Source: an uncultured cyanobacterium (lineage in GTDB: Bacteria > Cyanobacteriota > Cyanobacteriia > Phormidesmidales > Phormidesmidaceae). Taken from it: DNA of 64,000 bases. Shown here in pieces: positions 30,526-38,451 of this stretch. The translations under genes were made by a program, and so were the position numbers. Under the pieces are notes generated by a model, which saw nothing but the letters and a program-made list of their open reading frames with translations, had not been told where the DNA came from and ran no database searches. Position 1 is the first letter of the stretch; each line of letters opens with the position of its first letter. The DNA lies in the NCBI GenBank assembly GCA_963793265.1, contig CAWBZI010000005.1:352001-416000 (forward strand). The letters are read 5' to 3'.

Positions 30526-30579
30526 AGAAGCCTCTGCACACTCTGGTCAATATCCAGAGGTCAATGTGCAGAGGCTTCT
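30526..30579 (-). terminator. Long hairpin downstream of dnaA
   Basis: 15-bp stem AGAAGCCTCTGCACA...TGTGCAGAGGCTTCT with an inner CTCTGG/CCAGAG stem. Confidence 0.65.
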
Positions 30580-30646
30580 ACGTTCGATATTTGGTTTGAT
30601 ATTTGTCGGTTTGGTATTTGATGGTGGGATTTAGTGATCGCCCGCG

Positions 30647-32071
30647 CTAATGCCCAGAGACAACCATAATGTGATCGCTCACTTCCTGAATCTTCTGAGC
30701 CAGGTTTGGATCTCGCTTGACGATTTGCGTAATCTTGTCGCAGCTATACATCACCGTCGTATGGTCTTTGCCGCCAAACTGATCGCCTACCTTCGGCAAA
30801 CTCAGGTCTGTATGCTTTCGCATGAGATACATGCCCACCTGCCGCGCCAGGCTGATCTCACGGCGACGAGAGTGGCTTTTAAGATCGTCAATAGAAATTT
30901 TGAACGCGTCAGAGACGGCTTTGATGACTGTTTTGGGCGAGCACTCTAGCCGCTCTGCGGGTGGGTCAAGTACGGGGATCAGATTTTCTACGGTCATCGG
31001 TAAGCCTGCAATTGAGGTGTAGGCGATAGAGCGGGTGAGGGCTCCTTCTAGCTCACGGATGTTAGAGGTGTAGGAGGAGGCGATGTATTCAGTCACGTCT
31101 CTAGAGAGCGTCACCTGCTCGTACTCTGCCTTTTTTTGCAAAATGGCGATGCGGGTTTCAAAGTCGGGCGCTTGAATGTCAGCGATGAGGCCCATTGAAA
31201 ATCGGGAGCAGAGCCGGTCTTGCAGGCGGGGAATTTTATTCGGCGGTCGATCGGAGGCGAGTACGATTTGCTTACCTGCCTGGTGGAGCGAGTTAAACGT
31301 GTGGAAAAACTCTTCTTGGGTGTATTCTTTGCCCTCAATGAACTGGATATCGTCTACTAAGATCACATCGACTTCGCGATACTGCTCTCTAAAGCGCTGC
31401 ATGGAGTCGCGGCGGATAGAGGCAATCAGGTCATTGGTAAAAGTTTCGGTGGAGACATAGGCCACTCGTGCGTTTTTGTCGCTTTCCATGCGGTATTGGC
31501 CGATGGCCTGCATGAGGTGGGTTTTGCCTAAGCCGACGCCGCCGCATAGAAATAGCGGGTTGAATTCTTGGCCGGGCGATTCGGCTACGGCTAGCGCTGC
31601 TGCGTGGGCCATACGGTTGTTTGCGCCGACGACAAAGCGCGAGAAGACGGCCTTGGGGTTGAGATCGGATGAGTCGATACTGCTGTGGCTCGTTTGGCCT
31701 GAGCTGGTGGCGATCGCATCCGTTGCCGGGGCTGTGGGTGCTAAGGATAGAGTAGGACTGCCGTCGCTGGGCCGTCCTTCACTGACCCGTCCTTCGGGTG
31801 CCATCTCAGCCTGCATGGTTTCGTTCGTAACAATGACGACGACATTAACGCGATGGCCGAGGACTTCTTCAGCAAGCTCTGAAATATGGCCTAAGTAATG
31901 CTTTTGTAGCCAGTTGCGAGCAAAAGGATTGTCCGTGAGGAGCACAAGCTCTTGGTCGGATAGTGACTGAACGCGGGTGGGCTTAATCCAGGTTTCAAAG
32001 GTAGGGCCGCTGAGCTGAGCTTCTAACCTTGTTAGGATTTCTTTCCAAAGCTCTTCTTTGATCTGGGCCAC
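30647..32071 (-). CDS. dnaA: Chromosomal replication initiator
   Basis: [31 protein letters not shown] and FGGKDHTTV motifs. Start set at GTG 32071 (GAGG ribosome-binding site upstream). Confidence 0.98.
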   Translation of the reverse strand: MAQIKEELWKEILTRLEAQLSGPTFETWIKPTRVQSLSDQELVLLTDNPFARNWLQKHYLGHISELAEEVLGHRVNVVVIVTNETMQAEMAPEGRVSEGRPSDGSPTLSLAPTAPATDAIATSSGQTSHSSIDSSDLNPKAVFSRFVVGANNRMAHAAALAVAESPGQEFNPLFLCGGVGLGKTHLMQAIGQYRMESDKNARVAYVSTETFTNDLIASIRRDSMQRFREQYREVDVILVDDIQFIEGKEYTQEEFFHTFNSLHQAGKQIVLASDRPPNKIPRLQDRLCSRFSMGLIADIQAPDFETRIAILQKKAEYEQVTLSRDVTEYIASSYTSNIRELEGALTRSIAYTSIAGLPMTVENLIPVLDPPAERLECSPKTVIKAVSDAFKISIDDLKSHSRRREISLARQVGMYLMRKHTDLSLPKVGDQFGGKDHTTVMYSCDKITQIVKRDPNLAQKIQEVSDHIMVVSGH

Positions 32072-32762
32072 AGATTTACCTCGACTGTTTGCTTTGACTT
32101 CTAGGATTTTCTTAGGGGGTGTTCCGATTTTCGGTGAGGCAAAAGACGCGCATGGACGAAACGTATCCATGCGCTTTGCAGTGCGTTTGAGGAGGTATAT
32201 AGCTATCAGTAATGACTAGAGAACGGTCTGAAGTACTGAATGAATGAGGCGGCTTGCCTACTCGCTGACTTCTAAGGACTTTCTAGACTACTAGATATAG
32301 CGCCTAAAAAGACGGCAGGAATCTATACGTAGTGTGAGTGATTGGAAGATACAAAGACGTGTGTTTAAATTTGGTTTCTGAATTATAGGGGGTTTATCTT
32401 CTCGGAGGTGCATTTTTCAAGAGACTTTTACATTTTTTGAAAGCGATCGCGCTGAATCAGATTTTTGCGGGTGCGATCGCACTACAAGAGAAAGCGATAC
32501 CTGCAAACCAGCACAACTATCAATTGTTGTTCTGTGTGATCGCATACTTTTTATATGGAAATAGGAGATTTATTTTTAAGCGAGCTGAGGTGCGATCGCA
32601 TATCCCAAAACAAGACTTTCCTCTACCGATCCATTCCATAGAACTGTCACTGCTAAAGTCCACAGTCCTCAACCCCTTCTGTTAGAACAAAAATGATTGA
32701 ATAGTCACCTGCTGCTATTTAATCATTTTTGTTAATATCCATCATTTAGTAGAGAATTCAGC

Positions 32763-34130
32763 ATGAAATTGTCTGACAAGCCCCATCGCTCTCAAAACGT
32801 CGAAACCCCTAGCAGACGTAAAGTACCTTGCTGGCTGCGTCAGTCTATGACTTACGGGCTGATGACAGCGGCGAGTACAGGCACTGTGCTGCTGCTAACC
32901 GGCCAAGAATTCTCTAATAAAGCCCATAATTTTGCCTACGAGCCGCTGCAATACGAGTCCGCTCCTCTCACCACTGGGCAGATCGAAGGCGCTCAGTACG
33001 ATCAGGTGCAGCTTGCCGATGAGGCGACGACCAGAACCGCTGCCGATGAGCCTGTGCTGTTGAGCCAGGCAATCGGCACGGAGCGTCTGATTGGCGGTGC
33101 GAACTTTATTGCTTCGGCGGCGGAGCGAGTCGGCCCAGCGGTGGTGCGAATTAATTCAGCGCGTACGGTGACCGCGCGGCGGCGTCCCAGCATTTTTAAC
33201 GATCCGTTTTTCCGTGAGTTCTTTGGTGAGCAGGGCATTCCTGAGCAGCCTGCACAACGGGTAGAGCGCGGTACAGGGTCGGGCTTTATTTTGGATGCGA
33301 ACGGGACGATTTTGACGAATGCTCACGTGGTAGAAGGCGCTGACGAGGTGACGGTGACCCTCAAGGATGGTCGGGAGCTACGCGGTGAGGTGATGGGTGA
33401 AGATCCGCTGACGGACGTGGCGGTGATTAAGATTGACGCGAGCAATTTGCCGACGGTGAGCATTGGGGATTCGGATGCGCTGCGGCCTGGGGAATGGGCG
33501 ATCGCGATCGGTAATCCTTTGGGCCTAGATAATACGGTGACGGCGGGGATCATCAGTGCGACGGGTCGGACGAGCGCTCAGATTCGTGTGGCTGATAAGC
33601 TCGTGGAGTTTATTCAAACGGATGCGGCGATTAATCCGGGTAACTCGGGCGGGCCGCTTTTGAATGACAGCGGTGAGGTGATTGGCGTGAATACGGCGAT
33701 TATTGGTGGCGGCGCTCAGGGGCTGGGCTTTGCGATTCCGATTAATCAGGCGCGGGCGATCGCAGGTGAGCTGATTGCAAATGGCAAGGTCGAGCACGCC
33801 TACCTGGGCATTCAGATGCGGACGCTGACCTCGGCGCTGAAAGATGAGATTAATGCCGATCCGAATGCGAATATCAACGTGCAGGCTGAAGAGGGTGTTG
33901 TGATACTAGGGATTGCCCAAGGTTCGCCAGCGGCACAGTCGGGATTGCGTCTGGGGGATGTGATTTTGACGATGGATGGTAAGACGATTACGGAGGCGAC
34001 TGAGGTGCAAAACTTGGTGAAAGCAAAAGCGGTGGGCGATGCGATCGCGGTGAGTGTGAATCGAGGCGGGCAGACGGTGCAGCTTTCGGTGCGGCCAGGG
34101 GCGTATCCTGTTGAGACGACGCGACGCTAG
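32763..34130 (+). CDS. HtrA/HhoA/HhoB-family serine protease with PDZ domain
   Basis: TNAHVV, DVAVIK and [15 protein letters not shown] catalytic-triad motifs; C-terminal PDZ domain. Confidence 0.95.
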   Translation: MKLSDKPHRSQNVETPSRRKVPCWLRQSMTYGLMTAASTGTVLLLTGQEFSNKAHNFAYEPLQYESAPLTTGQIEGAQYDQVQLADEATTRTAADEPVLLSQAIGTERLIGGANFIASAAERVGPAVVRINSARTVTARRRPSIFNDPFFREFFGEQGIPEQPAQRVERGTGSGFILDANGTILTNAHVVEGADEVTVTLKDGRELRGEVMGEDPLTDVAVIKIDASNLPTVSIGDSDALRPGEWAIAIGNPLGLDNTVTAGIISATGRTSAQIRVADKLVEFIQTDAAINPGNSGGPLLNDSGEVIGVNTAIIGGGAQGLGFAIPINQARAIAGELIANGKVEHAYLGIQMRTLTSALKDEINADPNANINVQAEEGVVILGIAQGSPAAQSGLRLGDVILTMDGKTITEATEVQNLVKAKAVGDAIAVSVNRGGQTVQLSVRPGAYPVETTRR

Positions 34131-34183
34131 GATCTTGGGGGAGTTGTGCTTGAGTGGTGTGCTTAGCTATTGATACGCTGGAG

Positions 34184-34221
34184 CCCTCATCCCCAGCCCT
34201 TCTCCCCGAGGGAGAAGGGAG
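34184..34221 (+). repeat. Short dispersed REP-like hairpin
   Basis: CCCTCATCCCCAGCCCTTCTCCC-CGA-GGGAGAAGGGAG, a recurrent cyanobacterial repeat architecture. Confidence 0.6.
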
Positions 34222-34236
34222 TTAGAGCCTATTTTT

Positions 34237-35016
34237 ATGGATTTCCCTGTTTACTTTCCTCTCGGGCCTGTGCGCCTCCATCCGCATTTTGTGATGGAGG
34301 CGTTGGCTTATGGGGTGGGTTTGTATGTGAGCTTGTTTCGACGGCTCAGGCAAAAGGATGCGGCCGATCAGATAACCGGATCTCAGCGGACTTCTATTTC
34401 GGTGGGGGCGTTGGTGGGTGCTTTGATTGGCGCGAAGCTACTGGTGACTGTTCAGCATATTGATTTGCTGTGGCAGGACTGGCGGCTATTTGGGCTGATG
34501 GTGCTTCAGGGCAAAACGATTGTGGGGGCTTTGCTGGGCGGCCTGATTAGCGTGGAGGTGACGAAGAAATGGATCGGCGTGCGGCGCTCTACGGGCGATA
34601 GCTTTGTGTATTCGGTGCTGTGGGGAACGGCGATTGGGCGGGTTGGGTGCTTTTTGACGGGGTTGAGCGATCGCACCTACGGCATCGCTACGTCCTTACC
34701 CTGGGGCATTGATTTTGGTGACGGCATTGCGAGGCATCCCACCCAGCTTTATGAGGTAGGTTTTTTAGTGCTGTTATTTTTCGGCTTGCGGTGGTGCGAT
34801 GCCAAACCGCGCCGAGAAGGCGACTTATTTAAGATTTATATGATTGCCTACTTGAGCTTTCGCTTTTTTATAGACTTCATCAAACCTGAATTTCGTCCGC
34901 TCCTTGGCCTCAGTGCTATCCAGATTGCCTGTGTGGGTGGGTTAATCTACTACTTTCCCAGCGCTCTACGACTTGTGAGGCAACTGCGCTCAGATCCTTT
35001 AGAAAAACTGCACTAG
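34237..35016 (+). CDS. Divergent prolipoprotein diacylglyceryl transferase (Lgt)-family protein
   Basis: Multi-pass membrane protein with IGAK, GRVGCFL, LPWG, RHPTQLYE and RFFIDF motifs; lacks the usual (S/A)xHGG His motif. Confidence 0.88.
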   Translation: MDFPVYFPLGPVRLHPHFVMEALAYGVGLYVSLFRRLRQKDAADQITGSQRTSISVGALVGALIGAKLLVTVQHIDLLWQDWRLFGLMVLQGKTIVGALLGGLISVEVTKKWIGVRRSTGDSFVYSVLWGTAIGRVGCFLTGLSDRTYGIATSLPWGIDFGDGIARHPTQLYEVGFLVLLFFGLRWCDAKPRREGDLFKIYMIAYLSFRFFIDFIKPEFRPLLGLSAIQIACVGGLIYYFPSALRLVRQLRSDPLEKLH

Positions 35017-35024
35017 GAACCCTT

Positions 35025-36446
35025 ATGCCTACTCGCCCCTATCTGTTTTATGCCCTGACTAACAGCGTGTGCTCTACGTGCATGAATAAGCTAGAGGCCA
35101 AGATCATCTTTCGCGATGACAAGGTGTATTTGATTAAGCACTGCCTGATTCACGGGCGCGAGGAGGTGCTGATTGCAGATGACGTGGCGTATTACAAAAA
35201 GTGCAACGCCTTTATTAAGCCTGCGGATATGCCGCTGAAGTTTAATACGCCGATTAAGTACGGCTGTCCTTATGACTGCGGTCTGTGTCCCGACCATGAG
35301 CAACATAGCTGCCTGACTTTAATTGAGGTGACGGATCAGTGCAATCTGGCCTGTCCGATTTGCTATGCCGATTCGGGGGCAGAAAATGAGGCGGGCCACG
35401 TGCCGCGAAAGCATCGATCTTTGGCGCAGATTGCCGAGATGATGGATGCGATTGTGGCCAATGAAGGGTCGCCGCAGGTGGTGCAGATTAGCGGTGGCGA
35501 GCCGACGGTGCATCCTGAGTTTTTTGAGATTTTGGATTTGGCGAAAGAAAGGCCGATTCAGCATTTGATGATTAATACAAACGGGGTGCGGATTGCGAAA
35601 GACCGGGCGTTTTGTGAGCGCCTGGCGGAATATATGCCGGGGATTGAGATTTATTTACAGTTCGATAGCTTTGAGGCGGCGGCGCTGAAGGAGCTACGGG
35701 GGGCTGATTTGCGGGAGGTGCGATCGCGCGCGTTATTAAACCTGAATGAGTTCAATATTTCGACTAACCTTGTGGTCACTGTGAAGAAGGGGCTGAACGA
35801 TAGCGAGATTGGTAAGATTCTCGATCATGCTTTAGTGCAGAAGTGCGTGCGAGGGGTGACGTTTCAGCCGATTCAGGCGGCGGGACGGTTGGAAGGGTTT
35901 GAGAAGGGGCGCGATCGCTACACCCTCACCGAAGTTCGCCGCTCCATCCTCGAACAGTCCAACCACTTTCAGCCTGAAGACATCCTGCCGGTACCCTGCC
36001 ATCCTGACTGCCTGGCGATGGCCTACGCGCTCAAGGTAAAAGGACAGGTAATTCCTCTAACTAGCCTGATCTCTCCCGAAGCCTATGTTGAAACTGTTCC
36101 AAACAGCATTTTGTACGAACAAAGCGAAGGCTTAAAGCAAAAGATATTCGATCTCTTTTCTACAAAGCATTCGCCCGCATCGGCAACAACCTCACTCAAG
36201 CAGCTACTTTGTTGTTTACCTTTACTGCCCACGCCCGCAGGCATCACCTACGAAAACGTTTTTCGCATCACAATCGTACAGTTTCTAGACGCTTATAACT
36301 TTGACGTACGCTCGGTTAAGCGTTCCTGCATTCATATCGTGCATCCCGACGGGCGCATTATTCCTTTTGATACGTTCAATATGTTTTACCGCGAAGGAAG
36401 TGCGGGCCATCATTTGGTGACTAATCGAGAGATGGTATCTCAATAG
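35025..36446 (+). CDS. Radical SAM enzyme of the Tes/GDGT-MAS (MJ0619)-like family
   Basis: N-terminal CxxC...KHCLIHG; GCPYDCGLCPDH; CNLACPIC radical SAM motif; SGGEPT; IYLQFD; FQP; C-terminal FLDAYNFD...CIH...DGRIIPF. Confidence 0.88.
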   Translation: MPTRPYLFYALTNSVCSTCMNKLEAKIIFRDDKVYLIKHCLIHGREEVLIADDVAYYKKCNAFIKPADMPLKFNTPIKYGCPYDCGLCPDHEQHSCLTLIEVTDQCNLACPICYADSGAENEAGHVPRKHRSLAQIAEMMDAIVANEGSPQVVQISGGEPTVHPEFFEILDLAKERPIQHLMINTNGVRIAKDRAFCERLAEYMPGIEIYLQFDSFEAAALKELRGADLREVRSRALLNLNEFNISTNLVVTVKKGLNDSEIGKILDHALVQKCVRGVTFQPIQAAGRLEGFEKGRDRYTLTEVRRSILEQSNHFQPEDILPVPCHPDCLAMAYALKVKGQVIPLTSLISPEAYVETVPNSILYEQSEGLKQKIFDLFSTKHSPASATTSLKQLLCCLPLLPTPAGITYENVFRITIVQFLDAYNFDVRSVKRSCIHIVHPDGRIIPFDTFNMFYREGSAGHHLVTNREMVSQ

Positions 36447-36479
36447 GCTGTTGGTTGTGACGCAAATAAGGAGAAAGCT

Positions 36480-36803
36480 ATGGAACGTCGAAATAGAAGA
36501 TGGGAAGTGCTGCAGGGCATATTGTTGCTGTTTGGTTTTCACATCCTAGTATGGGGGCTGGTATGGCTTGTATCATATCTATTCACGTTTCTACTTGGCA
36601 TCTCTTCTTTGGCCCTTGTGTCGTCCGTTTTGTTCGTAGGCATTGGATTGTCACAGCTTTTTTACGTTTTGCCGCTATGCCTGTGGCTACAACGACGTGG
36701 CCGTGCCGAGCTTGCAAAAGGCGTCGTGATTGGCGCTGTAATTACTTTTCTGCTGAACGGTAGTTGTTTCGCATTCGTTCTGTATTCTCTTAATAATTAT
36801 TAG
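36480..36803 (+). CDS. Small 3-TM membrane protein with C-terminal LLNGSCF motif
   Basis: AGGAG ribosome-binding site; three hydrophobic helices; paralogous to 36910-37269. Confidence 0.8.
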   Translation: MERRNRRWEVLQGILLLFGFHILVWGLVWLVSYLFTFLLGISSLALVSSVLFVGIGLSQLFYVLPLCLWLQRRGRAELAKGVVIGAVITFLLNGSCFAFVLYSLNNY

Positions 36804-36909
36804 GGCTTTGTCCTGTCGAGAACTGTCCTACAGCGGGAGCTGAAAGCCCATACAAGCCGGTTTGAGGCTATCTCGGCTTTAATACTAGCGATATCTGTGA
36901 GGTAAGTTT

Positions 36910-37269
36910 ATGAAAGACAACTTCTTCAGCCGTGCTTTAAAGCGCGTTATGATGTTTCCAAAAAATCTCTCAGTTGGAGTAGACAAAGGCATAGGCTGGT
37001 TACTGCTGTGCCATCTATTAGCTGAGGCGCTACTGCTAACGGTAGGTGTGTCGATGTCGCCCATCATGATAGGCAGCTATCCGTCAGATGAGCTGTTATT
37101 GGCCGCTATGCTTTGTATTGGCATCACACAGCTAATCTATGCCATTCCGCTTTGCCTATGGTGTGCCTCTCGCAGACGCTTTGAGACGATGAAGGGCGTT
37201 TTAATCGGTATGCTGATCACGGCTTTTTTGAACGGGACTTGCTTTCTCGGCGTGGTGCTGACTGGATGA
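36910..37269 (+). CDS. Small 3-TM membrane protein with C-terminal FLNGTCF motif
   Basis: GAGG ribosome-binding site; shares IG.(S/T)QL.Y..PLCLW...RR....KGV.IG..IT..LNG(S/T)CF with the preceding gene. Confidence 0.8.
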   Translation: MKDNFFSRALKRVMMFPKNLSVGVDKGIGWLLLCHLLAEALLLTVGVSMSPIMIGSYPSDELLLAAMLCIGITQLIYAIPLCLWCASRRRFETMKGVLIGMLITAFLNGTCFLGVVLTG

Positions 37270-37347
37270 CTGCTTTGTTGCATTCTTTTAATAAGAACCG
37301 ACTTATAGCGCGAACTGCAAATCTGTATAAGCCGGTTCGAGTGGGCT

Positions 37348-37650
37348 TTAATTACACGGTTTGCGTAGCAGGCTGATGGCTTCGCTTTGAGCAGGCGAAA
37401 TGGTCAGCGGTTCTTCAATCGTTAGAACAGGCGTCCATAGGATCGTTTCGGCATAGTGCAGGGTGTGTAGCAAATGAATGGTTTGCTGGATTGCGCTGGG
37501 AGAGCCTAGCAGTATGTGCCGGATATGTTCTTTGGAGGGTGTGCCATCGGCGGTGAGTTGTACGGCAGTTCTCAGGGCCGATGCGTCAGTCTGAAGTAGC
37601 CCTGTGCCTGTGCCTGTAGGCTCAGCGGTCAATAAATATGAGGGTTTCAT
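37348..37650 (-). CDS. Conserved cyanobacterial hypothetical protein (HILLGSP...TIHLLH...YAE...W family)
   Basis: GGAG ribosome-binding site before ATG 37650; the motif is a recurrent small-protein family in filamentous cyanobacteria. Confidence 0.7.
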   Translation of the reverse strand: MKPSYLLTAEPTGTGTGLLQTDASALRTAVQLTADGTPSKEHIRHILLGSPSAIQQTIHLLHTLHYAETILWTPVLTIEEPLTISPAQSEAISLLRKPCN

Positions 37651-37691
37651 GGGTTTCTCCGAGTGGTTGCTTTGATACGGGAACGGTGGAA

Positions 37692-37742
37692 GAAAACCAC
37701 GAAAAAAATAGCCACCCTGAACTTGTAACAAGTCAGAGTGGC
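37692..37742 (-). terminator. Terminator/attenuator hairpin in the leader of 37348-37650
   Basis: Minus strand GCCACTCTGACTTG-TTA-CAAGTTCAGGGTGGC followed by TATTTTTTT, about 40 nt upstream of the ATG. Confidence 0.6.
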
Positions 37743-37762
37743 AAATGGCATATGATATGCCA

Positions 37763-37845
37763 TAAGCCCCTGAACTGGTTTCGACAGTTTTCGGGTGAGC
37801 TGGCGGTGTTGGTTGCACCCAACATCGTCAGTGACTAAATTTTTC
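37763..37845 (+). ncRNA. Candidate two-hairpin small RNA (strand inferred)
   Basis: TATGAT -10-like box at 37751; hairpins CCCTGAACTG...CAGTTTTCGGG and CTGGCGGTGTTGG-TTGCAC-CCAACATCGTCAG; T-run at the end. Confidence 0.4.
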
Positions 37846-38076
37846 GAGGCGGTTGATTGTTGCTCGTGCCTGAGCGATGTGCCCAAACGGTTTGCAACAA
37901 CCCTATAAAACAGCGTATCACAGGACGCTTTTTATGGTGCTAATTGTTTCATAGGAAATCATCACAATTACGTAGGATGAAGATATTGCCCTGCTGCTGA
38001 CTGGCCGGAATTGTGATGAAGAAAATTGATGTAGGGTTTAAGAACAAACTATTTTAATTTTCTAAAGGTGGCGCTT

Positions 38077-38451
38077 ATGGAACCGATTACTTTGGCGATG
38101 GTCGCGCTGACGGTGGTAGCGACTAAGGCGACGGAAAAGGTGGGTGAAACGCTGGGAGAAGGAGTGATTGCTTCGGCGCAGCGATGGTTAGAACGGCTAA
38201 GGCGACATTCTCCCGATACGGCTATGCGCCTGGAAGCGGCGACGGATGCTGAGGTGATTGAGGCGGAAATTATTGCAGAAGTGACGCGAGTGTCGGCGAA
38301 GCATCCAGATGTGCAGATGGCGATGGATGCGACGGCGGCGGCAGTTGCGCTAGACCAAAGTTCGTTTCAGAGCTTGACCAAGTTAGCTGACAAAATTGGG
38401 GTTGTTAATCTTGGCAATGTGACAACTCAAAACAACACTATTAATCTTTGA
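38077..38451 (+). CDS. Bell-like helical protein with C-terminal amyloid-like motif, upstream of an NLR
   Basis: Hydrophobic N-terminal helix MEPITLAMVALTVVATKA and N/T/Q/G-rich tail KIGVVNLGNVTTQNNTINL; directly precedes the NB-ARC-TPR gene. Confidence 0.7.
   Translation: MEPITLAMVALTVVATKATEKVGETLGEGVIASAQRWLERLRRHSPDTAMRLEAATDAEVIEAEIIAEVTRVSAKHPDVQMAMDATAAAVALDQSSFQSLTKLADKIGVVNLGNVTTQNNTINL

Noticed and set aside
32072..32170. N-terminal extensions in the ORF track for dnaA (also isiX, def, acsF, HEPN, NUDIX, 37348 ORF)
   Set aside because: Family similarity and ribosome-binding sites begin at downstream start codons.
32437..32685. 82-aa ORF and HIP1 cluster upstream of the HtrA gene
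   Set aside because: TTG start, no recognisable motifs; more likely divergent promoter DNA with several HIP1 sites.
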